Positions 56,911 to 64,000 of a stretch of DNA of 64,000 bases are shown piece after piece. Source of the stretch: Bacteroidota bacterium (lineage in GTDB: Bacteria > Bacteroidota > Ignavibacteria > SZUA-365); NCBI GenBank assembly GCA_035362335.1, contig DAOSDL010000005.1:12708-76707 (forward strand), in the 5' to 3' direction. Positions within the stretch are counted from its first letter, which is position 1. Each line of letters opens with the position of its first letter. A program made the position numbers and the translations under genes. The notes under the pieces were generated by a model, which did not search any database, had not been told where the DNA came from, and saw only the letters and a list, made by a program, of their open reading frames with translations.

Positions 56911-57126
56911 ATGGACATTTCACGCGACAGCATCATCGAGGACCTCGTCAACGACCATCCGAAAGCCGTGGTGTTTCTCATGGAAAAGGGCATCCGCTGC
57001 CTGCGTTGCGGCGAGCCGATCTGGGGAACACTCGGATCCGCGATGGACGAGAAGAGTATTCCGTCCGACGAACAGCAGCGTCTGGTCGAGCAGTTGCGCG
57101 AGTATCTCGCGGCGCACGCGGTGTGA
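56911..57126 (+). CDS. DUF1858-like small redox protein (71 aa)
   Basis: GAAGGAC ribosome-binding site, then ATG at 56911. MDISRDSIIEDLVNDHPKAVVFLMEKGIRCLRCGEP... carries a CxxC motif. Confidence 0.55.
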   Translation: MDISRDSIIEDLVNDHPKAVVFLMEKGIRCLRCGEPIWGTLGSAMDEKSIPSDEQQRLVEQLREYLAAHAV

Positions 57127-57162
57127 AACACGAATGGAAACGTCACCAGGAAAGGATAACGC

Positions 57163-57762
57163 ATGAAGAAGAACCCAACCACCACCAAGCCCGGTAACAC
57201 GGGATTCCGTGTCAGCCCCTTCGCCTGGGTCATCACCGGTTTCGCGGTGATTATTGTGGGCATTCTCATCATCAACCGCATGCACGAGCCCGATCCGGTT
57301 GCCATCCCCGCGCAGCAGCTAGGCGCGGAAGCCGGTACCACCGGCGGCATGGGCGCGGCGCCGGAGTTTTCGCTCAAGGATATTGCCGGCGAAAGCAAAT
57401 CGCTCGACAATTACAAGGGCAAGGTGGTGATGCTGAATTTCTGGGCCACCTGGTGCGGACCCTGCAAGCGCGAGATTCCCGATTTCATCGAGTTGCAGGA
57501 GGAGTATCGGGAAAAGGGTTTCGAGATTGTTGGCATCTCACTCGATGAACCCGGCAAGGAAGAGGAAGTGCGCAGCTTTGTCGACCAGCAGGGCATCAAC
57601 TACGATGTGCTCTTCGGCGACAGCGGCGTGGCCACCGCCTATGGAGGTGTGCGCAGCATTCCCACCACGTTCATCATCGACCGCGATGGCAACATCGTCG
57701 ACACGAAAATGGGTTTGCAGCCCAAGGATGTTTGGCGGCAGGCGATTGAAGCCGTGCTGTAA
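57163..57762 (+). CDS. TlpA/ResA-like thiol-disulfide oxidoreductase (membrane-anchored thioredoxin fold)
   Basis: AGGAAAGGA ribosome-binding site. One TM helix, then FWATWCGPCKRE (WCxxC motif). Confidence 0.85.
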   Translation: MKKNPTTTKPGNTGFRVSPFAWVITGFAVIIVGILIINRMHEPDPVAIPAQQLGAEAGTTGGMGAAPEFSLKDIAGESKSLDNYKGKVVMLNFWATWCGPCKREIPDFIELQEEYREKGFEIVGISLDEPGKEEEVRSFVDQQGINYDVLFGDSGVATAYGGVRSIPTTFIIDRDGNIVDTKMGLQPKDVWRQAIEAVL

Positions 57763-57856
57763 GCGAGCGATGTGAGCGCCGCTGCCTGGAACGCGCCGTG
57801 GAGCGCGTGAATCGCAGCGTCAATGGCCGTGCAGAGAAGCGGTAGCTGTGAAGTGG

Positions 57857-57894
57857 AAAAAAGGTGAAGATGATCCGTCATCTTCACCTTTTCG
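57857..57894. terminator. Rho-independent terminator (13-bp stem, A-tract and T-tract flanks)
   Basis: aaaaaaggtgaagatga-tccg-tcatcttcaccttttcg. Confidence 0.65.
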
Positions 57895-57992
57895 CATTGC
57901 GGGCCAGAGCCCTGGAGTGTGGATGCCCGGCCCGCGCATTCTGTCCGAGCGCTCACGCGCCGATGGCGAATCGCCTGTGGCGATACAAACGC

Positions 57993-58020
57993 AAAAGGAC
58001 GCCCCGCGGGACGTCCTTTT
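57993..58020. terminator. Second hairpin, likely the terminator of the minus-strand acyltransferase gene
   Basis: aaaaggacg-ccccgcggga-cgtcctttt. Confidence 0.5.
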
Positions 58021-58042
58021 GCGTGATAGCATCGTTCTCGGC

Positions 58043-59185
58043 TTACGCGAACATCAGCACGGTGAGCAGCAGCACGGCGGCCGCGTACGGCAGATACCGG
58101 TAGGTCAGCGAGCGTTCCTGCTTCATCTGATGCACGGTCATTGCCGCCCAGCTTGTCGTGATGAGCAGTATCGTGATGATGGCGAGCACGGGTCCGAGTT
58201 CCAGCGTCTTGCCGAACATCTGGCGAAGTCCGGGCATCCACGCCGAGCCGTAGAGAACAACGATATGTGACACGTAGATAAGCAGCGAGTGCTGTCCCGC
58301 GATGGTGATGACGCGCGGCACGCGTTTGACGAAAGTCAGCAATCCGCCCACAGTAGCCCAGAGCAGCAGCACCCAGCCGAGGCGGCTGAACGTCAGCCAG
58401 ATGCTCGCGGCGCCGTCGTTGAACGGCAGCTTCCACCCGAAGATCAAACGCGGCACGAAGCTGATGAGCAGGATTGCTGCGGCGCCGTAGAGGAAATACA
58501 GCGGGAGACGCGACTCGCGGCCCTTTTCCTTCCAGCGCATATACAGCGCGGCCGACGTGGCGCCGGCGAACATATAGCCGGAGAAGGGGAAGAGCGGGAA
58601 CCAGGAACCGGTCTTTGTATTCAGATACGCCGCCAGCCAGTTCGGCACATGCGCCGTCCAATCCACCATGGCGGTGAACGGAGCCGCCACCATAAACAGC
58701 AGTGCGAGCGTGGACGCGCCCACGAGCAAACGCGTGTTCGTGCGCGCGACGAGGAAGAGCAGGAACATGCCAAACAAGGTCACCGCCATCAAGCGCAGCA
58801 CATCAACCTGGAAGAAGCGCTCCCAACTCGCGGAGGAGATGCTTGTCAAATCGCCGAGCGTACCCGCGGGTAAATGCATCAGCGCGCCCATGGCAAAAAG
58901 CACCGCGATCCAGCGCAGACGCTTTGCTACGAGCGACAGCGGGAGACTCGTGCCTTCCATCTTGCGGAAGGTGGCGATGACATAGGCGAAACCGGAACCG
59001 AAAAGGAAAATGGGCGCCGTCAGACCACGATTGAACTGCCAGATGTTGAACAGCGTCGAATCGTTATTGTAGTACACGTCGGACAGCAGGGCGTCGATGC
59101 TGTGTCCCTGAATCATCATGAACACCGCCCAGGCGCGCATGACATCCAACAACACGAGACGACTTTTGTTCTGCACTGTTTCCAC
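58043..59185 (-). CDS. Acyltransferase-3 / DUF1624-like polytopic membrane protein
   Basis: 380 aa with about 10-11 TM segments. GTG start at 59185 (the first in-frame ATG is Met16). Family assignment by topology and length. Confidence 0.6.
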   Translation of the reverse strand: METVQNKSRLVLLDVMRAWAVFMMIQGHSIDALLSDVYYNNDSTLFNIWQFNRGLTAPIFLFGSGFAYVIATFRKMEGTSLPLSLVAKRLRWIAVLFAMGALMHLPAGTLGDLTSISSASWERFFQVDVLRLMAVTLFGMFLLFLVARTNTRLLVGASTLALLFMVAAPFTAMVDWTAHVPNWLAAYLNTKTGSWFPLFPFSGYMFAGATSAALYMRWKEKGRESRLPLYFLYGAAAILLISFVPRLIFGWKLPFNDGAASIWLTFSRLGWVLLLWATVGGLLTFVKRVPRVITIAGQHSLLIYVSHIVVLYGSAWMPGLRQMFGKTLELGPVLAIITILLITTSWAAMTVHQMKQERSLTYRYLPYAAAVLLLTVLMFA

Positions 59186-59500
59186 GATCTCCTGACCAAT
59201 TGAATCTTACAGAAATCTTACAAAGTTACCGAGAAGTTTTGGTGATAGCAAGAACGCCGAAGCGGGCCCTCAAATTGTTGTTGTATTTCTCGAATTATCC
59301 GTGTACATTCATTGATGCCACAAGAAATGTGGCGCCCGCCTCTGATCCACAGGTTTCGGAAGCGGACCATTCGAGAATCGCTTTCCGTATCCCGTGTGAC
59401 CCTCCTGTAACGCGCTGACCGCTGCAAGTCGGACACATGACATCGCCACGATGCGGTGTCGGTAGAGTGCGTCTCCCCATAGATTTTTCAAAGGAACTCC

Positions 59501-61198
59501 ATGAGTTTTGATCTCCTCGGTCTGTCCGAGCCCCTGCTTCGTGCAGTGCAATCGGCCGGATATACCACCCCCACGGACATTCAGCGTCTGGCCATTCCTC
59601 CCGCACTTACCGGCGAGGACGTGCTCGGCCGTGCGAAAACCGGTTCGGGTAAAACCGCCGCTTTTGTCCTTCCCGTGCTCGACCGTCTGTTCATGACGGC
59701 CACCACGACCCATCGCGCAGCGCGCCCCGTGCCGGGACGCATCCGCGCGCTCGTGCTCGCGCCCACGCGCGAATTGGCACAGCAAATTCACCAATCCGCG
59801 CGCACCTACGGCCGCTACGTGCGCCTGCGCAGCGATGCGCATTTCGGTGGCGTGTCCATCGAACCGCAGATCGACCGTCTGCGCCAGGGCGTGGACTTGC
59901 TCGCCGCCACACCGGGCCGCCTGCTCGACCATCTCATGCGCGGCACCGTCGATCTCAGCGCCTGCGAAGTGCTGATTGTGGACGAAGCCGACCGCATGTT
60001 CGACATGGGCTTTATCAACGATGTGAAGCGCATCATCGCCCAGCTTCCCGCGAAGCGGCAGACGCTGCTCTTCTCCGCCACCATCAACGACGATGTGCGC
60101 AAGCTCGCCGCCGTGGTCATGCGCGATCCCGTGCGCATCGAGGTGGGTGTCGAGCGCAATCCGGCCGAGTCGGTGCGCCAGCGCTTCCTCGCTGTGGAAA
60201 AAGAAGAGAAAATCGATTTGCTGAGCGATTTCCTTGCCAAAGAGCAGGGCAGCACGGTGCTGGTGTTCTCGCGTACAAAGCATGGCGCGGATAAAATTTC
60301 CAAGCGCTTGCAGCGACTGAATATCAACACCGCGGTGCTGCATTCGAATCGCTCGCAGAATCAGCGCACCGTGGCACTCGACGCATTCAAGAGCGGACGT
60401 ATCCGCGTGCTCATCGCCACGGATATCGCCGCGCGCGGCATCGATGTGCACGGCATCACCTACGTGATCAACTACGACACGCCGACCTTTGCCGAGGATT
60501 ACATCCACCGCATCGGCCGCACGGGTCGTGCCGAACTCACCGGCGACGCAATTACGTACGTCTCGCGCGACGAGCGCGTCTATCTCAAGCGCATCGAGTC
60601 GTTCACCGGCTTGCGCTTCCACCTCGAAACTTCGGACGGCACACGTCTGCCCGATCGCACCTTCCAGCACCGTCAGGCGGCAGGCGCCGCGCAGGCGAGT
60701 GAGGGCGCGGCCGGCACGACGACGTCGGAGCGCTCCTTCGAGCAGCGCCGCGACAATGGTGGCAGGCGCGCTCCCGAGCGTCGCAACGGTGGCGACAGCC
60801 GCCGCGGTAAAGGCGATGCGCGCGGCGGACAGCGTCAGCGAGGCGAACGCCGCGAGAGCTTCTCTCCCGGAGCCATCGAGGAATTGTTCGAACCGCGCGC
60901 TTTCCGTACCGAGGATACCTCTTCCGACGGCCGTGGTTTCGGTCGCCAGTTCGAAACCTCGCCCGATCCTCGCGGTCGTCGCGGTGCTCCGGGCAAGCGG
61001 ACGAACGGACATGGAGCACCCAATGCTGCGAAGCGCGAACGCAAGAACGGCGGCGCCTTTGAAGTGCGCGGCGAAACACCTCGTGGCGCCACGCGACCGA
61101 GCGGTACGTCCGAGGGTGGCCGCAAGCGCGATCCGCGCACGGTCTCGGGCAGCTGGCGTGGAGCCCCCAAATCCGGAGGCAAGCGCGGCAAGCGCTGA
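59501..61198 (+). CDS. DEAD-box ATP-dependent RNA helicase with a roughly 190-aa Arg/Gly-rich C-terminal tail
   Basis: AAAGGAA ribosome-binding site. Q motif, GSGKT, DEAD, SAT, HRIGRTGRAE. The tail is rich in RGG/RRG/GGRR. Confidence 0.9.
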   Translation: MSFDLLGLSEPLLRAVQSAGYTTPTDIQRLAIPPALTGEDVLGRAKTGSGKTAAFVLPVLDRLFMTATTTHRAARPVPGRIRALVLAPTRELAQQIHQSARTYGRYVRLRSDAHFGGVSIEPQIDRLRQGVDLLAATPGRLLDHLMRGTVDLSACEVLIVDEADRMFDMGFINDVKRIIAQLPAKRQTLLFSATINDDVRKLAAVVMRDPVRIEVGVERNPAESVRQRFLAVEKEEKIDLLSDFLAKEQGSTVLVFSRTKHGADKISKRLQRLNINTAVLHSNRSQNQRTVALDAFKSGRIRVLIATDIAARGIDVHGITYVINYDTPTFAEDYIHRIGRTGRAELTGDAITYVSRDERVYLKRIESFTGLRFHLETSDGTRLPDRTFQHRQAAGAAQASEGAAGTTTSERSFEQRRDNGGRRAPERRNGGDSRRGKGDARGGQRQRGERRESFSPGAIEELFEPRAFRTEDTSSDGRGFGRQFETSPDPRGRRGAPGKRTNGHGAPNAAKRERKNGGAFEVRGETPRGATRPSGTSEGGRKRDPRTVSGSWRGAPKSGGKRGKR

Positions 61199-61235
61199 TC
61201 CGCATGACTGTCCGCTTTGTGGCGGAAAATTTGGA

Positions 61236-61262
61236 GAAACGAGGCGCAGCGCGCCTCGTTTC
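61236..61262. terminator. Bidirectional hairpin between convergent genes
   Basis: gaaacgaggcgc-agc-gcgcctcgtttc. Confidence 0.55.
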
Positions 61263-61264
61263 CG

Positions 61265-62029
61265 TTATAGGCGATGAAGTGGGCGCGAGAGCTGCATCGT
61301 CACCATCCAGGCGAAGTCTCGCGTGAATGGAAGGAAACGGAACAGCGCATCATCAACGCGTCGGAGAGCGTTGTAGAGTGTGGTGAACACAGGCGTCGAG
61401 CGCAGTGGCACGGCGCACAACGTGGTGAGATTGTGAAATGTGCAACGCACCTCACCGAAATATTCGCCGGCAATGCGCAGGTCGTTCGCGCACAACGGGT
61501 GTTCGTCCGCCGAGCGCATGGATGGGGTCAGCTTGCGATAAAGGTTGATCAGCGGATTCCGACCCAATGGTTCGATGAACACCGCGCAGCCGTCGCTGCG
61601 CAGCACGCGCGCGATTTCACAGAACGCGTTGCGCACATTCAGATGGTGGAGTATGCCAGTGCCTACAACCACGCCGAACGTCCCGTCGCGGAAATACAGC
61701 TTCTCGGCGTTCATCACCAGCAGCTTCGCAGCAAGGCCTTCGCGGGCGACACGTTTGTTTGCGATGCGTATCGCTTCGGGCGAGAGATCGATGCCCGTGG
61801 TGTCGATACCATGGCGCGCCCAGAACACCGCGCTCTCGCCCGTCGAGCAGCCGTAATCCAGCAACGGCGCGTGACGCGCTGATGCGAGGACGGCTTGCTC
61901 GAGCTTGCTACGCGGACGTTGCATCAGCGCATAAAACTTGTCCGCACGACGCCGCGCCGCGTCGTTTCCACCGAAACGCTCGTCGTGAAACTGCCGCTCC
62001 CTCCGCAGACGATCGGATTGAGACTTCAT
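61265..62029 (-). CDS. Class I SAM-dependent methyltransferase (type 11)
   Basis: ATG at 62029 (MKSQSDRLRRERQFHDERF). Motif I LLDYGCSTGESAV. The track ORF extends to 62101. Confidence 0.72.
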   Translation of the reverse strand: MKSQSDRLRRERQFHDERFGGNDAARRRADKFYALMQRPRSKLEQAVLASARHAPLLDYGCSTGESAVFWARHGIDTTGIDLSPEAIRIANKRVAREGLAAKLLVMNAEKLYFRDGTFGVVVGTGILHHLNVRNAFCEIARVLRSDGCAVFIEPLGRNPLINLYRKLTPSMRSADEHPLCANDLRIAGEYFGEVRCTFHNLTTLCAVPLRSTPVFTTLYNALRRVDDALFRFLPFTRDFAWMVTMQLSRPLHRL

Positions 62030-62378
62030 GGCATCATTCCATCGCGGAGCAAACTCCGCAGGTTGTCGAAGGACAGGCGATGACGTGTCACGCATCCACA
62101 ATGATGTTCCGGGCAGCCGGAACAGGTGGGTGAGTGTGTTCTTTCAGACAAACATATCACGAGGCAGCATAACGGTACAATATGCTGATAACATTATCCC
62201 GGAATTGGTCGTTTGGAACGTAGGATGGATAGATGCGGGAAAGACGCAGCGTGTGCGGAGGGGTTGCGTATACACGCGCTTCAGATGCACATCGCTGCGT
62301 TGTCAATTCCGCGCGTAGCTCATCGCCTCGATACTCCTGCGCGGAAGCCCGCCACCCGTCAGGTGCTGTTGCGTGCTA

Positions 62379-63269
62379 TCAATCGTTGGAAGGCCGCCGG
62401 GCGAGAATCACGCGCTCGATACTGGAGTAATCCCTCTGCACGCGGATGTCGGTCAATCCTGCGGCGGTGAGAATATCGCACACCGCGGCGGCCTGGCCGA
62501 AGCCGATTTCCAACCCGAGCAAGCCGCCTGGTTTGAGCAGCCGCTCGATGCGTCGCGCGATGGTGCGGAAAAAACGCAGACCATCGCCTTCGTCGGTCAG
62601 CGCATGCCGCGGCTCGTGCACGCGCACTTCGGCTTGCAGCTCCGGCATGTCGGCTTTGCCGATGTAGGGGGGATTCGACACCACGATATCGAAGGGCGCG
62701 CCGGGAAGGTCGGCCTCGTTGGCCAGAATATCCAGATGCGCGAAGGCGATGCCACCGCGCGGATCGTGGCGTTCGGCGTTGCGGCGGGCCACTTCCAGCG
62801 CTTCGGGACTGACATCCACCGCGGTGATATGCGCCTGCGGTACATGCTGGGCCAGCGCCACGGCAATGCAGCCACTGCCCGTGCCGATGTCGAGAATGCC
62901 GGGTCCGCTACCGCTGTTCGCGCTCCACTCCGCGCGCACATGATCGATCACGGCTTCAACCAAATGCTCGGTTTCGGGTCGGGGGATGAGCACGGCCGGG
63001 GTGACCTCGAGTTCGAGTGCGTAGAACTCCGTCGTGCCCACGATGTACTGCACGGGCTCACGAGCCAGCCGCCTGCGCACCAGATCCCGGAAGTGCTGCA
63101 ATTCCTCGTCGCCCACAGGTTGATCGAAGCGGAGGTACAGTTGAATGCGCGGCACGCCGAGCGCGTGGGCGAGCAAATGCTCCGCCGAGCGCTTCGGCTC
63201 GTCGATGCCTTTTTCCTCGAAAAATTCCGTGGCCTTGCGCAGCAGCGAGAGTACGGTATCCGGGTTCAT
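62379..63269 (-). CDS. prmC: Release-factor glutamine N5-methyltransferase
   Basis: 296 aa. NPPY motif (VVSNPPYIG) and the GTGSGCIAVALA SAM-binding motif. Confidence 0.85.
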   Translation of the reverse strand: MNPDTVLSLLRKATEFFEEKGIDEPKRSAEHLLAHALGVPRIQLYLRFDQPVGDEELQHFRDLVRRRLAREPVQYIVGTTEFYALELEVTPAVLIPRPETEHLVEAVIDHVRAEWSANSGSGPGILDIGTGSGCIAVALAQHVPQAHITAVDVSPEALEVARRNAERHDPRGGIAFAHLDILANEADLPGAPFDIVVSNPPYIGKADMPELQAEVRVHEPRHALTDEGDGLRFFRTIARRIERLLKPGGLLGLEIGFGQAAAVCDILTAAGLTDIRVQRDYSSIERVILARRPSND

Positions 63270-64000
63270 GAGCGGGGAGACTTCCTCTGCTTTTTCGCCG
63301 TCGGTGCTCCGAAGACGTGGGGGATGGCCTCGTCGATGGTCGCCACGGGAATAATGCGCAGCCCTTTGAGAATGCGCTTCGGCACTTCGGCCAAATCCTT
63401 CTCGTTGTCGCGCGGGATAATCACGCGCTGAATACCATGGCGTTGTGCCGCGAGAAGCTTCTCGTTGAGACCACCGATGGCCAGCACGTCGCCATGCAGC
63501 GTGATCTCGCCCGTCATGGCGATGTCTCCCGCCGGTGCGATGCCTTTCAGCGCCGACAGCATGGCCAGCGTCATCGTGATGCCTGCTGAGGGACCGTCCT
63601 TGGGGATGGCGCCCTCGGGCAGGTGAATGTGGATTTCGCGCTTCTCGAACGCGTGCTCGGCGATACCCAGACGCGCAGCGTTGGAACGCAGGTAGCTCAG
63701 CGCGGCCTGCGCCGATTCCTTCATCACCTCGCCCAGTTGTCCGGTCAGGGTCAGCTTCTCCGCGCCGGGCATCACGGTCACGCCCACATGCAGGATGTCG
63801 CCGCCCACGCTGGTCCAGGCCAGACCGACGATGGAGCCGATTTTACCGATGGGCTGAAGGGCCTTGCTGCGGAATTTCGGCACACCGAGAAATTTCTCGA
63901 CCATGGCCGGTGTGACGACGCGACTGCTGTCGGGCGTAGCCTTGCCGCGCGTGGTGGCCACCACGATATCGCGCGCGAGTTTTCGGCACATGGTGGCGAT
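63266..64000 (-). CDS. lon: Lon protease, C-terminal proteolytic domain (the gene continues beyond the window end)
   Basis: [18 protein letters not shown] (catalytic Ser), with Lys in [20 protein letters not shown]. Its stop abuts the prmC start. Coordinates follow the ORF track. Confidence 0.85.
   Translation of the reverse strand: MATMCRKLARDIVVATTRGKATPDSSRVVTPAMVEKFLGVPKFRSKALQPIGKIGSIVGLAWTSVGGDILHVGVTVMPGAEKLTLTGQLGEVMKESAQAALSYLRSNAARLGIAEHAFEKREIHIHLPEGAIPKDGPSAGITMTLAMLSALKGIAPAGDIAMTGEITLHGDVLAIGGLNEKLLAAQRHGIQRVIIPRDNEKDLAEVPKRILKGLRIIPVATIDEAIPHVFGAPTAKKQRKSPRS

Noticed and set aside
58043-59185. Alternative annotation of the acyltransferase gene as starting at the first ATG (Met16, about 59140)
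   Set aside because: Left unresolved rather than rejected. The ORF track start at 59185 is a GTG. I kept the longer coordinates but flagged the uncertainty.
62400-63270. Apparent 1-nt disagreement between my position counting and the ORF track near the prmC/lon junction
   Set aside because: Most likely a counting slip on my side or a formatting irregularity in one sequence line. All other junctions checked agree with the track, so I used track coordinates there and did not interpret the junction as a frameshift.
1-64000. tRNA, rRNA, tmRNA, RNase P, SRP RNA and CRISPR arrays
   Set aside because: I scanned for T-loop (GGTTCGAnTCC) words, regularly spaced direct repeats, and conserved RNase P or SRP motifs, and found none. 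The only tandem repeats are protein-coding (34506-34965) or the irregular spacer repeats described above.
1-64000. Mobile elements or a prophage
   Set aside because: No transposase, integrase, recombinase or phage structural gene is present. No terminal inverted repeats flank a cargo region. Gene content is housekeeping or metabolic throughout.

Overview
This 64 kb window is a high-GC (roughly 65-70%) bacterial chromosomal segment that is densely packed with about 60 protein-coding genes, and I found no rRNA, tRNA, CRISPR array, transposase or integrase in it. Several features point to a high-GC member of the FCB/Bacteroidota-like lineage: two proteins with type-IX-secretion C-terminal sorting domains, a TonB-dependent receptor / HmuY-like lipoprotein / TonB-dependent receptor cluster, DUF3857/transglutaminase pairs, and Bacteroidetes-style -33/-7 promoter-like motifs. 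The lineage assignment is an inference, not a proven fact.

Main content, in order along the window:
- **1-7397, minus strand:** a tightly overlapping eight-gene tryptophan/kynurenine catabolic operon ordered 5' to 3' as aldehyde dehydrogenase, RidA-family protein, 3-hydroxyanthranilate dioxygenase, ACMSD, cyclase-family gene, kynU, kmo, kynA. The kynA gene is cut by the window edge.
- **7398-8109:** a 700-bp ORF-free, AT-richer region containing an imperfect tandem duplication.
- **9635-10240:** an isolated rpsD.
- **10413-14377:** two tandem DUF3857/transglutaminase-like secreted proteins; the second appears to have lost the catalytic cysteine.
- **14393-18702:** a five-gene translationally coupled operon (10-TM membrane protein, GT2 with a C-terminal NeuD-like domain, PLP beta-eliminase, HAD hydrolase, SDR).
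- **18841-24372:** an isocitrate/isopropylmalate dehydrogenase-family gene, then on the minus strand a B12-binding two-gene module, divergent from a citD-citE fusion plus citF with no citC/X/G nearby.
- **24430-32546:** an NlpC/P60 peptidase, aspS, hutI, a small lipoprotein, a PepSY-TM protein, an ABC ATPase and a large membrane/TPR protein.
- **32607-36233, minus strand:** a STAS / zinc-ribbon / DUF3298 cluster, and pspA with a YbjN-like protein carrying a histone-H1-like AAAPKK repeat tail.
- **36573-39913:** two tandem M28-PDZ peptidases.
- **39956-48546:** a metal-uptake island (TonB-dependent receptor, HmuY-like lipoprotein, TonB-dependent receptor, DMT transporter, CDF transporter with a His8 tract, ZupT).
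- **48547-49056:** a 500-bp repeat-rich non-coding region.
- **49057-57762:** an acyl-CoA synthetase, a T9SS-tailed secreted protein, a DUF1501/DUF1800 pair, pdxB, DUF1858 and a TlpA-like thioredoxin.
- **58043-64000:** an acyltransferase, a DEAD-box helicase with an RG-rich tail, a SAM methyltransferase, prmC and the 3' end of lon.

The six-frame ORF track contains many long spurious antisense ORFs, as expected at this GC content. Gene starts were re-derived where possible; GTG/TTG starts are noted.

There is a one-base numbering discrepancy somewhere between about 62400 and 63266 between my hand counting and the ORF track, and I followed the track there.
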